From Desulfosudaceae bacterium (GTDB taxonomy: Bacteria; Desulfobacterota; Desulfobacteria; Desulfobacterales; Desulfosudaceae): 64,000 nt of DNA. Position numbers and translations under genes: made by a program. A model generated the notes under the pieces. It ran no database searches, had not been told where the DNA came from, and saw nothing but the letters and a program-made list of their open reading frames with translations. Below are positions 1 to 10,972 of the stretch, piece by piece (within the stretch, counting starts at the first letter, position 1; each line of letters starts with the position of its first letter). The DNA is taken from assembly GCA_963674745.2 (NCBI GenBank), contig CAXXDV010000003.1:1760001-1824000 (forward strand), read 5' to 3'.

Positions 1-674
1 ATTTCTTCCGGAAGACCGTATCGCCTGAGTTCACAACGGCTGCCCAGTTTTTCGGCCTTTCCGGCCTGACGGGCATAGTCAAAAACCGGTTTGGTCATAC
101 CGGTCTCAATCAGCCCCGGGCAGACGGCATTCACGCGAATGTTGTATCCGCCGAGGTCACAGGCACTGGTCTGGGTAAAATTAATCAGGGCCGCTTTGCT
201 GGCGCTGTAGGCATTGGGACCGGCCCCGGAACGGATCCCGGCCACAGAGGAGATGTTGACGATGGCGCCTGCCTTCCGGGCCTGCATGTGCGGCGCCGCG
301 TATTTGGTGGCCATGACCGCCCCGATCAGGTTCACATCCAGCGCCATGCGCCAGCCTTCGACAGTCATCTCCTGCAGGGTACACATTTCACCGATGATCC
401 CGGCATTATTCACCAGGATATCAATTCGGGAATGGGTTTCCACAGTGCGTGATATGAGATGCTTTATATCGTCTTCAACGGCCACATCCGCCCTGACCGC
501 ATCGACACCCGGTTTAAGCCTGTCAGCTACGGACATCAACGCCTCTTCATTCAAATCGCAAATAACAATTATTGCCCCTTCACGTGAAAAAGTCTCGGCC
601 GTGGCTTTACCGATCCCGCTGGCAGCGCCGGTGATAACGGCGACTTTCCCTTTTAAACGTCCTTCCCGATTCAT
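1..674 (-). CDS. Short-chain dehydrogenase/reductase, 3' end outside the window
   Basis: Manual translation from the ATG at 674 gives MNREGRLKGKVAVITGAASGIGKATA (TGxxxGIG), then NNAG, YSASK and NAVCPG. ATGA overlap with the upstream stop. Absent from the ORF track because it is truncated. Confidence 0.9.
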   Translation of the reverse strand, partial: MNREGRLKGKVAVITGAASGIGKATAETFSREGAIIVICDLNEEALMSVADRLKPGVDAVRADVAVEDDIKHLISRTVETHSRIDILVNNAGIIGEMCTLQEMTVEGWRMALDVNLIGAVMATKYAAPHMQARKAGAIVNISSVAGIRSGAGPNAYSASKAALINFTQTSACDLGGYNIRVNAVCPGLIETGMTKPVFDYARQAGKAEKLGSRCELRRYGLPEE

Positions 675-2230
675 AGACACCTCTCCAGTAGATTTGCAGG
701 CAACCTTCCAAAAAACAGATCGACCATTCGATCATCCATATCCGGTACCGGCATCAGTTCAGCATTCCCGCCTTTCTTCAATAGTGTAAACAACCTGTGT
801 TCTGCAATTGATTTACCAACCACCATGTCATCAATCGTCGTGCGCTCATCGGTTTTTATCAGGTTCACGAGGCGACTCAACCTGAAGGCGGTTATCATCT
901 CCCGGGTGCTTAGCGATCGGTTCCAGGGATAGACTGAAGAGCCGGCACACAACGTCGGGTGAATCCCGGTAAAAATTTTCTTACCCGTAAAACCGGGTAT
1001 GCCGGGGACCGGATAAAAAAACGAAATACCCACCCGGGTCGGTTGGCCGGCCAGGTAACAGACGGTTTCAACAATTTTTTCCCGGGTATCATGTTTCAGG
1101 CCGCAGATAAAATAAGTAACACAGGGAATACCATGTTTCTCTAAAACGTTTGTAATGGTTTCATACTGCTTCAGACAGGCCGCTCTTTGTTCATGTTCCA
1201 GCATTTGTTCATCAACACTGACCATGGACAGATTGAACTGTTTCATTCCGTATCGAATCAGTTTTTCCAGGATTTCAGGTGTTATCAGGGTATAGTCGAT
1301 GCCATTTTCGGCCAGAAAGCCCGCCTTCGGAAAAACCATTTTAAATACGTCCAGCACCTTAAAGAAATACGGGGCATTGCAGAGAAAATTATCATCTTCG
1401 AAATTGATAAGAACCTGTTTGTCCGGCTCTATTTCACTTCGGGTCAACCCCTGCAGAAAAGATCGAATCGTTTCCAGTGGAACCGTGCGAAACTGTCTTC
1501 CGTGTGAGATAAAATTGGAACAGAAACGACAGGCTTTGGGGCATCCGCGGCTGAGCGTGGTCGAATAGTAGACCGCGCCGGACGTTTCAAACGTTTTATT
1601 CAATACAAACGCTATTTCTCCGGCATCGGTTTGCTTTACCTTTATCGGGGGCCGGATGTCTGCGTTGTTCTTTTGAAAAAGATTCGGTACCCGGTCATAA
1701 TCTCCGGAACCGGACGTAATGGTATCCAGAAATACCGGCAATGAAACCTCTGCTTCCCCTGTCAATGCGAAATCAACCGCAGCGTTGTCTAAAAAAAACG
1801 CCGGATAGGCGCTGACACCGGCGCCGCCGACAACAATCATCGGGCGGGGATCTGACTGTCGAATCTGACGGGCCAGATCCAGTGCGGTTTGAGCGTAACA
1901 GTAGGCAAAACAGGAAATAAAGATCACGTCCGGGCCGGAGACAAGCGTTTGCCGGGCACATTCTTCCAGGCAAGGACCGAATCGCTTGTATTGATTAAAA
2001 AAAGACGTTTTTCCGAATTCGCCGTCTATAAGACAGGGCTTTAAATGGTCTAACACCGGGGGCAAAGACTGTTTTTTCGCTTTTTTTGCCAGCCGCGGAA
2101 AATTCAGCAGCCGGGCCTGCCAGCCGCTTTCCGTCAAAAGTCTTAAAACGACTTCCGCCCCCAGGCCGGAGGACCGGTGCGGTGTATAATAAAAATCAAA
2201 CACCGGGGGTATTACGACAATCGCGTTCAA
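671..2230 (-). CDS. B12-binding domain radical SAM protein
   Basis: SRGCPKACRFC (CxxxCxxC) and a VVGGAG...GEAE cobalamin-binding region. Confidence 0.85.
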   Translation of the reverse strand: MNAIVVIPPVFDFYYTPHRSSGLGAEVVLRLLTESGWQARLLNFPRLAKKAKKQSLPPVLDHLKPCLIDGEFGKTSFFNQYKRFGPCLEECARQTLVSGPDVIFISCFAYCYAQTALDLARQIRQSDPRPMIVVGGAGVSAYPAFFLDNAAVDFALTGEAEVSLPVFLDTITSGSGDYDRVPNLFQKNNADIRPPIKVKQTDAGEIAFVLNKTFETSGAVYYSTTLSRGCPKACRFCSNFISHGRQFRTVPLETIRSFLQGLTRSEIEPDKQVLINFEDDNFLCNAPYFFKVLDVFKMVFPKAGFLAENGIDYTLITPEILEKLIRYGMKQFNLSMVSVDEQMLEHEQRAACLKQYETITNVLEKHGIPCVTYFICGLKHDTREKIVETVCYLAGQPTRVGISFFYPVPGIPGFTGKKIFTGIHPTLCAGSSVYPWNRSLSTREMITAFRLSRLVNLIKTDERTTIDDMVVGKSIAEHRLFTLLKKGGNAELMPVPDMDDRMVDLFFGRLPANLLERCL

Positions 2231-2490
2231 ACCTGTGCGCCTTTTTTATATATTCATTTAATCAAAACATACCGCATAACCAACAATTCGATGTAATGAT
2301 AAACATTTCCAGCTATAGCATGTCCTGACACAAACCTCATTATTTTAATCCACGTACGTCAATAAGCATACCTTGCAAAATGAAATAATCTGGTCTACAA
2401 TAGTCTAAATTAACCCAGTAAAACCGGGGGGTTTTTCAAAAAGCAAATTTGGTTTGCGCGTAATGACGGTTAAAAGGACAGCCGGTAGAA

Positions 2491-3309
2491 ATGGAACCGA
2501 TTCAGGGCATTATTCTTGGCATTATTCAGGGTTTGACGGAATTTCTGCCGGTCAGCAGCTCAGGGCACCTTGTTCTCGGGCAGCACTTGTTCGGGATCAC
2601 TGAACCGGCCCTTTTTTTTGATGTCAGCGTGCATGTGGGCACCCTGTTTGCGGTGCTGATCGTCTTTCGGCAGGATCTCTATCAGATAATGCTGGCGTTG
2701 TGGCATGAATTACTTTTACGGCTGAAAGGAGACGACCTGCGCACCGATTCGCACCAGGACAGCATGAAACTGATGACGTTCATCATCGTGGGGTCAGTCC
2801 CCACCGGTCTGATCGGACTCGGCTTAAAACATGCCGAGCATGTTTTTTCATCCCTGCCACTGGTCGGTGCCATGCTCCTGATCACGGGCATGATATTGTG
2901 GGCCACCCGAAAATGGACTGCCGGCAGCGGCGTGGCTGATTTTGCATGGCCAAAGGCCGTCGGTGTCGGAGTCGTTCAGGGACTGGCCGTGCTGCCCGGT
3001 GTTTCAAGGTCCGGCACGACAATCGCGGCCGGTCTGTTTTTCGGGCTGGACCGTTCCACGGCAGCCCGATTTTCTTTTCTGCTTTCCATACCGGCCATTG
3101 TTGGTGCCGAACTTCTTTCCGCCGGCGACCTTTTAGACGGTACGGTGAAACTGGACGCGACGGTCCTGTGGGGTACGTTAACCGCTTTTGTGGTCGGTTA
3201 TGGTGCTTTGAAAGTTTTATTAAAAATCGTTCACCAGGGCAGATTCTATCTTTTTGCGCCATACTGTTTTGCCGTAGGCGGCTTAACCCTCTGGTTATCC
3301 GTCAGATAA
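2491..3309 (+). CDS. uppP: Undecaprenyl-diphosphate phosphatase
   Basis: GIIQGLTEFLPVSSSGHL and PGVSRSG signature motifs. Confidence 0.95.
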   Translation: MEPIQGIILGIIQGLTEFLPVSSSGHLVLGQHLFGITEPALFFDVSVHVGTLFAVLIVFRQDLYQIMLALWHELLLRLKGDDLRTDSHQDSMKLMTFIIVGSVPTGLIGLGLKHAEHVFSSLPLVGAMLLITGMILWATRKWTAGSGVADFAWPKAVGVGVVQGLAVLPGVSRSGTTIAAGLFFGLDRSTAARFSFLLSIPAIVGAELLSAGDLLDGTVKLDATVLWGTLTAFVVGYGALKVLLKIVHQGRFYLFAPYCFAVGGLTLWLSVR

Positions 3310-3432
3310 CAGTCGTTTGATGATATATTGGTTAAAAAATTCAAACGTCTTTTTTTTTACGACCTCAAGTCGGATAAAGGGGAACAACATGGTTATAAAA
3401 GCAAATATAATATCCAGACAAGGGAGGAAATA

Positions 3433-4359
3433 ATGAGGCTTTTAACGCGATCAGATTTTGACGGACTGGGGTGTGCGGTGCTGCTAAAAGAAGTGGGGGT
3501 GATCGATGACATCAAATTTGTGCACCCCAAGGATGTGCAGGATGGACAGGTTGACGTCAACGAAAACGATGTACTGGCAAATGTCCCGTATGTCAAAGGA
3601 TGCGGTCTCTGGTTTGATCATCATTCCAGCGAAAAAGAACGAAGTGCGTACGGTGATTTTGAAGGCGCCAGTGTTCCCTCCGCCCCCAGCGCCGCACGGG
3701 TTATTTACGACTACTACGGCGGAAAGGGTCAATTTTCGGACCAGCATTTTACGGAACTTGTCAGTGCCGTCGACAAGGCGGATACAGCCGATTTTACACA
3801 AGATGAAATACTGGAACCCAAAGGCTGGGTCCTGCTTTCTTTTATCATGGACCCCCGCACCGGTCTCGGTCGCTACAAGGATTACCGGATCAGTAATTAC
3901 CAGTTGATGGAAAACATGATCGAATATTGCCGGACCAAAACGATCGATCAAATCCTGGCCATTGATGATGTAGAGGAAAGGATAAGACGATATTTTAAAC
4001 AGGAAACACCGTTTCAGGAAATGATAAAAGACAACGCCGTCATTAATGAAAATGTCGTTATTCTGGATCTGCGAAAACAGGATGAAATTTTCACCGGCAA
4101 TCGTTTTGTGCTTTATGCCTGGTACCCGGACCAGAATGTTTCCCTGCAGATCATCTGGGGATTGAACAAGCAGAATGTAGTGGCTACCTGCGGCCACAGC
4201 ATCTTGAACAGAACATGTAAGACAGACGTCGGCTCTTTGATGCTCAAGTACGGCGGTGGCGGCCACCGTAAAGTCGGAACCTGTCAGCTTCCTGTAGAAA
4301 CCGCGGACAAAGCGATCAAAGACATTATCAACCAGCTGAAAGCCGACAACAACGGTTGA
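3433..4359 (+). CDS. DHH-family phosphoesterase (exopolyphosphatase/nanoRNase-like)
   Basis: MRLLTRSDFDGL start after the GGAGG RBS; DHH motif; GGGGH DHHA1 motif. Confidence 0.85.
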   Translation: MRLLTRSDFDGLGCAVLLKEVGVIDDIKFVHPKDVQDGQVDVNENDVLANVPYVKGCGLWFDHHSSEKERSAYGDFEGASVPSAPSAARVIYDYYGGKGQFSDQHFTELVSAVDKADTADFTQDEILEPKGWVLLSFIMDPRTGLGRYKDYRISNYQLMENMIEYCRTKTIDQILAIDDVEERIRRYFKQETPFQEMIKDNAVINENVVILDLRKQDEIFTGNRFVLYAWYPDQNVSLQIIWGLNKQNVVATCGHSILNRTCKTDVGSLMLKYGGGGHRKVGTCQLPVETADKAIKDIINQLKADNNG

Positions 4360-4440
4360 AAAATGTGGTTCATCTCCCGATTAGTGGTAGTAAACAAATT
4401 GTATAAAGTTCATTGAAGTCGATGTTTTTTTAGTAGGAGC

Positions 4441-5937
4441 CTAGACCCCTTGAATCCTTGACCCCTTGGCTCTGGCCCAGACATAAAAAGCGATGGCGGC
4501 GGCGGTGGCGGCGTTCAGGGACTCCACGGTTTCACTGATGGGAATGGCAACCGTCCGGTTTTTCAAATGCGCCGGCAAGCCCTGCCCTTCCATGCCGGGT
4601 AAAAAAGCAAAGGTGTCTGGAAAAGCGGTGTTTGAGATATCTTTTCCTTCCCTGGAAAGCGACATTACCGGCAAATTGTCGGGGATATCATTCAATGCCG
4701 GCCCCTCCAGCAGATTCGCTTTCAGGACGGCCCCGCCGGACGCCCGAAGCGCCTTGGGGTGAAAGGGATTGGCGCTTTCAGAGAGCAGGATGATGTTGTC
4801 CAACCCGAAGGCCATCGCCGATCGGATAATCGTGCCCACGTTTTCCGGGTCCTGAAACGGCACCAGGACCGAGCAGCCCGGCGGCAGGCCGTCGACAGGA
4901 ATCCATTTCCTGATTTCAGGTGTTTCGACCATCAATAAAGGGGCATTTGTACCGATGGTATCAATTTTTTTAAATAATGGCGCAGACAACTGATACCAGG
5001 CGACATGGGCCGGCGTTTTTTCCGGCGGCGGGAGGTTATCTCCCGCGGTTATCCAGGCCCGGCTTTGTTCCGGACAATCCCGCAGGAGCTCTTCCACCTG
5101 TTTTGAACCGGAGACCAGGGCCATCCCCTGTTTTTTGATGCCACGGCCGCTTAAAAGCCGTTTCAAGTCCTTAAAAATTGTGTTCTGTTCGCTTTCGATG
5201 GAACGGGAATCATGACGATTCATGGCTGTCTGCCTTTTTTTATGAAGCGGTTGATCAACGCGCTGAAATAAAACCAACCGCCTGGCATGGGGTGTATGGG
5301 GAATCTCGTAATCGATCTGCCGGAGGAACCGGAACCGGGATTTATTCTTTTCTTTAGCCTCTGCAATTTCAATCGCACAATCCGGGCCTTTCATGAATAT
5401 AACCTGTCCGCCTGAATCAAGGCAGCCGCTGACACGATCAAGCGTCAGGCTGATGGCTTCAACCGCACGTGTAATCACCCCCTGAACGGGTGTTTCAAAA
5501 GCAGGGGTGATGGTTTTTCCGACCACAACCGTATCTTTAATTTGAAGCCGGTCCACAGCCATCTTCAAAAAATCGACCCGTTTACCGCGGCTTTCCGCCA
5601 ATGTTATTTTCAAATCAGGAAAAGCGATTTTCAATGGAATGCCCGGCATTCCCGGACCGGTTCCCAGGTCTAGCAAAGAATCCGGCAAATCGACGAGGCG
5701 GCCGGGCAGAATGGAATCCACGTAAAGCTTCAGTACCATGTTGGCAAAATTGTGAATGCGGGTCAGGTTTAACCGGGCGTTGTATTGTCGAAGCAGGTTA
5801 TGATAGGTCCATAGTTGTTCAAGCTGAGCCGGAGAAAGGGCAATCTCCGAGCGGACCAGTAACCGGTCCATGTCATTCAGCCCGTATTCTCCTGCCTGCT
5901 TTGAGATATTGCTTTTCTGATAATGGGGCATAATCAA
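4441..5937 (-). CDS. rsmG: RsmG 16S m7G527 methyltransferase fused to a TrmH/SpoU RNA methyltransferase
   Basis: N-half has NLTRI, LDLGTGPGMPG and TRA. C-half has QDPENVGTIIRSA, GMEGQGL and ESLNAATAAAI. Start codon uncertain. Confidence 0.85.
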   Translation of the reverse strand: MIMPHYQKSNISKQAGEYGLNDMDRLLVRSEIALSPAQLEQLWTYHNLLRQYNARLNLTRIHNFANMVLKLYVDSILPGRLVDLPDSLLDLGTGPGMPGIPLKIAFPDLKITLAESRGKRVDFLKMAVDRLQIKDTVVVGKTITPAFETPVQGVITRAVEAISLTLDRVSGCLDSGGQVIFMKGPDCAIEIAEAKEKNKSRFRFLRQIDYEIPHTPHARRLVLFQRVDQPLHKKRQTAMNRHDSRSIESEQNTIFKDLKRLLSGRGIKKQGMALVSGSKQVEELLRDCPEQSRAWITAGDNLPPPEKTPAHVAWYQLSAPLFKKIDTIGTNAPLLMVETPEIRKWIPVDGLPPGCSVLVPFQDPENVGTIIRSAMAFGLDNIILLSESANPFHPKALRASGGAVLKANLLEGPALNDIPDNLPVMSLSREGKDISNTAFPDTFAFLPGMEGQGLPAHLKNRTVAIPISETVESLNAATAAAIAFYVWARAKGSRIQGV

Positions 5938-6291
5938 GTTTAACAGACATCACAGAATTATGTTTTGTCCGCTCACTCCTCTTTCCCGGTAATTTTCTGC
6001 TGATCCTTTATAAGTCAGACGTTTTGCAGAATCAAGAAGATCACGTTTTTGTTTTCGTTGGCCGGTTGACAACAGGGACAAATTCTGTTTTATAAAAACT
6101 AATCAAGATTTGGATATATGTTGATGTTCGCGTTTTAAAGGCTCTTTTTTCGAGCTATCAGACTGAACAGCCGTTTTTTAACTGTTCATCAGTAATATTC
6201 AAAAATTCAAAAAAAACTGGGCGCCAGTATTTTTTTCACTGCGGCCAGATAACTTTTTTGCAAAAACAATAAATAAAAAGAAGGGGTTAGC

Positions 6292-7482
6292 ATGACAGAA
6301 AAGATTCTGATCGAAAATTTGTATAAAATTTTCGGTCCTCATCCCGAAACCGCCCTGAAAATGCTTCAGGACGGTGCCGGCAAAGAAGAAATCATGGAAA
6401 AAACCAAGCACGGAGTTGGTGTGGCCGATGCATCATTTACCGTCAACGAAGGCGAAATCCTGGTGGTCATGGGCCTGTCCGGCAGTGGCAAATCCACCCT
6501 GGTGCGCTGCATCAACCGCCTGATCGCCCCTTCCGCCGGCAAGGTTATTGTCGACGGCACGGATGTAACCGGGTTGGATGTTGAGCAGTTAAGGCGATTC
6601 CGACTGGAACACTTCGGCATGGTTTTTCAGAACTTTGCCTTGTTTCCCCACCGGACGGTGATCGAAAACGTGGCCTACGGTCTTGAAATTCAAAAAGTTC
6701 CCAAAGAAGAACGTCTCAAGCGGTCTGCGGAAGCACTGACCCAGGTCGGACTGGAAGGATGGAACGATTCATATCCCGCTCAGCTCAGCGGCGGCATGCA
6801 GCAACGGGTCGGCCTGGCGCGCGCCCTGGCCCTGGATGCGGATATCATGCTCATGGATGAAGCCTTCAGCGCCCTGGATCCGCTGATTCGCAGCGATATG
6901 CAGGATGAATTGCTGATGCTTCAGGATAAAATGCAGAAAACCATTGTGTTCATCAGCCACGATCTGGACGAAGCCCTCAAACTCGGCGACCGGATCGTCC
7001 TGATGAAAGACGGTTATATCGTCCAGACCGGGACAGCCGAAGAAATTCTGACCAATCCTGCCAATGCTTACGTGGCCAAATTCGTTGAAGATGTGGATAT
7101 GGCCAAAGTCATTACCGCTGAAAATGTCATGATCAAACCCAAAGATGTGGCCCATTTTAAAACCGACGGCCCCAAAGCAGCCCTGCGCAAAATGCATCAT
7201 AGCAAAATTTCCCAGCTGTTTGTCAGAAAGGATAAAAAGCTGTACGGCTATATAACCGCTGACGACGCGGCCGAAGCAGCCAAGCGGGGAGATGAGACAC
7301 TGGAAAAAATTGTCAGGACGGACATTGAAATCGTAAAACTGGATACGCCGGCTGTAGATATCATTCCCCTCCTGGCCCGGCTGCCCTATCCGGTTCCGGT
7401 TGTCAACGAGGAGCATAAGCTCAAAGGACTAATTATCAAGGGATCGCTGCTGGCCGGTCTTTCGGAAAGGGGGACGGACTAA
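6292..7482 (+). CDS. proV: Glycine betaine/proline ABC transporter ATPase with CBS domains
   Basis: GLSGSGKS, LSGGMQQRVGLARAL, MDEAFSALDPLIR. Confidence 0.95.
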   Translation: MTEKILIENLYKIFGPHPETALKMLQDGAGKEEIMEKTKHGVGVADASFTVNEGEILVVMGLSGSGKSTLVRCINRLIAPSAGKVIVDGTDVTGLDVEQLRRFRLEHFGMVFQNFALFPHRTVIENVAYGLEIQKVPKEERLKRSAEALTQVGLEGWNDSYPAQLSGGMQQRVGLARALALDADIMLMDEAFSALDPLIRSDMQDELLMLQDKMQKTIVFISHDLDEALKLGDRIVLMKDGYIVQTGTAEEILTNPANAYVAKFVEDVDMAKVITAENVMIKPKDVAHFKTDGPKAALRKMHHSKISQLFVRKDKKLYGYITADDAAEAAKRGDETLEKIVRTDIEIVKLDTPAVDIIPLLARLPYPVPVVNEEHKLKGLIIKGSLLAGLSERGTD

Positions 7483-8324
7483 TGAATATATACAGAATAC
7501 CAATCGGAGAAACCATTGAAACGGGCATTGATTTTTTTGTGGATAATTTTTCTTTTGCCACCAAAGCATTTTCCAAAGTAACTGAAAACGGAATGGATGT
7601 TATTGTCAATGTAATGATGTACTTTCCCCCCTGGGTCCTGATCCTGATTTTTACCGGACTGGCCTGGTTCCTGAGCAAAAGACGGGGCGTTGCACTGTTC
7701 ACCCTGATCGGGCTTATGCTGATTTGGAATATGGAGCTGTGGGCACCGACCGTCAGCACCATCGCCCTGATCCTGATCGCCGTGATGTTTGCCATTGTCA
7801 TCGGCGTTCCCCTGGGCATTATTTCCGCTTTGAGTGAGGTTGCCTACCGGATTATTACCCCTGTCCTGGACGTTATGCAGACCATGCCCGCATTTGTTTA
7901 TCTGATTCCGGCGATCCCGTTTTTCGGTCTTGGCGCGGTGGGTGCTATTTTCTCGACGGTCATATTTTCCGTTCCGCCCTGCATCCGCCTGACCTGTCTG
8001 GGCATTAAACAGGTCCCCAAAGAGTTGATCGAAGCGGCCGATGCCTTCGGCAGCACCAGGTGGCAAAAACTCATTAAGGTACAGTTGCCGATCGCCAAAA
8101 CCACGATCATGGCCGGGATCAACCAGACCGTCATGCTGGCCCTGTCCATGGTGGTCATTGCCGCTATGATCGGCGCCAAAGGGCTCGGCGGTGAAGTCTG
8201 GAAAGCCATTCAAAGACTGGAACCCGGCCGGGGGTTTGAAGCCGGCATCGGTATTGTCATCGTGGCCATTATTCTGGACCGCGTCATGCAGCGCCTGGCC
8301 GGCGGTAAACAACAAGCGGTATAA
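7482..8324 (+). CDS. proW: Glycine betaine ABC transporter permease
   Basis: LDVMQTMPAFVYLIP and the EAA loop. Confidence 0.95.
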   Translation: MNIYRIPIGETIETGIDFFVDNFSFATKAFSKVTENGMDVIVNVMMYFPPWVLILIFTGLAWFLSKRRGVALFTLIGLMLIWNMELWAPTVSTIALILIAVMFAIVIGVPLGIISALSEVAYRIITPVLDVMQTMPAFVYLIPAIPFFGLGAVGAIFSTVIFSVPPCIRLTCLGIKQVPKELIEAADAFGSTRWQKLIKVQLPIAKTTIMAGINQTVMLALSMVVIAAMIGAKGLGGEVWKAIQRLEPGRGFEAGIGIVIVAIILDRVMQRLAGGKQQAV

Positions 8325-8376
8325 TTTTTTGCGAAAAGGTTTTTTTATTACTAATTAATTTATAGAGGAGGTTCTT

Positions 8377-9237
8377 ATGAAAACGTATCGGTTAATTTTA
8401 ATCACCTTAATGATCGGTATCGGTCTGACCCTGGGCATGAGTGATACTGTTCCGGCCAAAGATAAAAAGGCTGAAATTGTATATGTGGAATGGTCTTGTG
8501 CCACGGCTTCGGCCAACGTTGTCAAGGCTGTTATGGAAACTAAAATGGGATACGATGTAGAACTGACGCCCGTTAGTGCGGCCGCCATGTGGCAGGCCCT
8601 GGCCACCGGCGACGTGGATGCCTGTACCACCGCCTGGCTGCCGACCACCCACGGCCATTACTATGATAAAGTCAAAGACAAGGTCGAAGATGTGGGCCAC
8701 AATCTGGTCGGCACACGGATCGGGCTGGTCGTGCCCACCTATGTTACCATTGACTCTATTGCTGAGATTGACGCCAATGCCGAAAAATTTGACGGCCAGA
8801 TTACGGGTATTGATCCGGGTGCCGGCATCATGTCCAAAACAGAACTGGCCATGAAAGAATACGGCATGAAAAATATGGAACTGATGGAAGGCAGCGGCGC
8901 CATGATGACGGCTGTGTTAAAAGACAAGATCAAAAACAAGGAATGGGTTGTCGTCACCGGCTGGACCCCGCACTGGAAATTCGGCAAGTGGGATCTGAAA
9001 TACCTGGAAGACCCCAAAAACATTTACGGCGGTGCCGAGTATATTGACACCATCGTCCGTAAAGGCCTCAAAGAAGACAAGCCGGACATGTATGCTTTTC
9101 TGAAAAAATTTCAGTGGACCCCTGCAGACATTCAGACGGTTATGGCCTGGAATCAGGAAAAAAACGCAACACCTGAAGAAAATGCGCTGAAGTGGGTCAA
9201 GCAGAACGCGGACAAGGTAGCTGCCTGGTTACCGTAA
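8377..9237 (+). CDS. proX: Glycine betaine ABC transporter substrate-binding protein (OpuAC/ProX)
   Basis: Signal peptide, WLPTTH, GIDPGAG, GWTPHW. Confidence 0.9.
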   Translation: MKTYRLILITLMIGIGLTLGMSDTVPAKDKKAEIVYVEWSCATASANVVKAVMETKMGYDVELTPVSAAAMWQALATGDVDACTTAWLPTTHGHYYDKVKDKVEDVGHNLVGTRIGLVVPTYVTIDSIAEIDANAEKFDGQITGIDPGAGIMSKTELAMKEYGMKNMELMEGSGAMMTAVLKDKIKNKEWVVVTGWTPHWKFGKWDLKYLEDPKNIYGGAEYIDTIVRKGLKEDKPDMYAFLKKFQWTPADIQTVMAWNQEKNATPEENALKWVKQNADKVAAWLP

Positions 9238-9253
9238 AAATGGTTACAACTCA

Positions 9254-9282
9254 ACGGGGGGCGTTGCCCCCCCGTGTTTTTT
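9254..9282 (+). terminator. Rho-independent terminator after proX
   Basis: ACGGGGGG stem pairing with CCCCCCGT, followed by a T tract. Confidence 0.75.
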
Positions 9283-9545
9283 GTATCTTTACAATCTGTA
9301 TTGATGCCATCAAAAATCAGTAACAAATATTTTACGTGCTGCCTGCCTGAACTTTGTATTTCTCTGATACGGCCGAAAAATCTGCTGTGTAGTGTTTCTC
9401 ATTTAAAAAGCCGTTTAAACACAACGTCTAAGAAACCACCTGTCCGGTTCTGGTGTACCGGTATCCGGTGGAATACACGTTCTTTTTTCGGGCAGTATGT
9501 TGCCAGTCAGTTCATTTTATAATCTTTTTATGAAAGGGGAAAAAG

Positions 9546-10772
9546 ATGAAAAATAGCCGATTGTTTATCTTCTTTTTAGCTGGATTAATGTTATTGTGCC
9601 TGCCGATTGCTTCACCGGCTTTTCAAGTCGGCAATTTCAAAATCGGCGGCGCCATGCGGGTTAACTACACCTTCGGTGATTATAGTCCTGAACTCGATCG
9701 TTCCTCAAGGGCGGAAGACGATCGCGGTGCCGTTGCCCTGGACACCTTCAGGTTCAACCTGGGTTATGAAAACGGCCCCTGGATCGGAAAAGCCGAGTAC
9801 CGGTTTTATCCCGGATACGGCGCCAATAATCATGACAGCTATCACTTTCCGCATACCGGTTGGGTCGGGTATAATTTTGAAAACGGCAGCCAGGTTCAAG
9901 TCGGTCTGAACCGGGTCCCCTTCGGGCCGACTGCCTATGGCGTATCCCAGAGCTGGTTTTTCGATCAGCATTACTATGTGGGGCTGGCGGATGATATGGA
10001 TATCGGTGTTAAATACACAACATCGTTTGATGATTTGATCCTGGATATGGCCTTATACGCCTGTGACGAAGGAACGCATAACGGCGCCAATTTTTCCAGT
10101 GACAGCGTGCGCTATTCTTATGACGTGGTTGATGAAACCGGTGACGGGTATGAAGAGAGAAATCAGGTCAACCTGCGTGCCGTCTATCCGGTGGAAACCG
10201 GCGACGTCAAGGCTGACCTGGGTGTTTCGCTTCAATACGGACAGCTGAAAAGCAGGGGCCCCCAGCGTGACGGTGATCACTGGGCCGGGTCCTTACATGC
10301 CATCATCAAGTTTTCCGGATTTAACCTGACCCCGCAGTTGACTTATTATGCTTATGATGTCGACGATGAACAGCCCCTGGGAACCGGTGACCTGGTTCAG
10401 TTCGGCGCCTGGGATTTTCCCACCCTGGTCGCCGCCAGAGCCTATATTCCCGCTGTGTCCCTCAGCTACACCATCAAAACACCCCAGGTGGACTGGCTGA
10501 GCTACGTCGTGCCGTATGTTGAATACAGCAGCATTGTAAAATCGGAAAGCGGTTTTAATGACAGTGAGTTGTACACCATCGGGGCCGCCTGGGCCAACGG
10601 CGGCTGGTATATTTACACCGACCTGGTTTATTCCAATGGTAACGATTTCGTGGGGAACGAATCAGGCTACGGTGACAACCCGGCGCCGGGATTTTCCAGC
10701 AACCGTGTCGGCGCCAACCCGGAACATCACGGAGAATATCGTTTCAATATCAACTTTGGATATTACTTCTAA
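9546..10772 (+). CDS. Outer-membrane beta-barrel/porin next to the betaine uptake operon
   Basis: Signal peptide, alternating beta-strand pattern, C-terminal aromatic NINFGYYF. Confidence 0.7.
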   Translation: MKNSRLFIFFLAGLMLLCLPIASPAFQVGNFKIGGAMRVNYTFGDYSPELDRSSRAEDDRGAVALDTFRFNLGYENGPWIGKAEYRFYPGYGANNHDSYHFPHTGWVGYNFENGSQVQVGLNRVPFGPTAYGVSQSWFFDQHYYVGLADDMDIGVKYTTSFDDLILDMALYACDEGTHNGANFSSDSVRYSYDVVDETGDGYEERNQVNLRAVYPVETGDVKADLGVSLQYGQLKSRGPQRDGDHWAGSLHAIIKFSGFNLTPQLTYYAYDVDDEQPLGTGDLVQFGAWDFPTLVAARAYIPAVSLSYTIKTPQVDWLSYVVPYVEYSSIVKSESGFNDSELYTIGAAWANGGWYIYTDLVYSNGNDFVGNESGYGDNPAPGFSSNRVGANPEHHGEYRFNINFGYYF

Positions 10773-10972
10773 TCCGAATATTTTATGAAATATCCGGGCT
10801 AAATCAATATTGTTCAAAATAGAAAAGATTTAATCCTGGACAATAGTGACGTTTAATTGACTGTTGAACCGGCAAAACCGATTATGTTATATCCACTGGG
10901 AGTATGTGAACGACCTGACGACCGGGTTGCTGAATGACTTTTATGGATAACAAAACATAATCGGTTGGGCCG

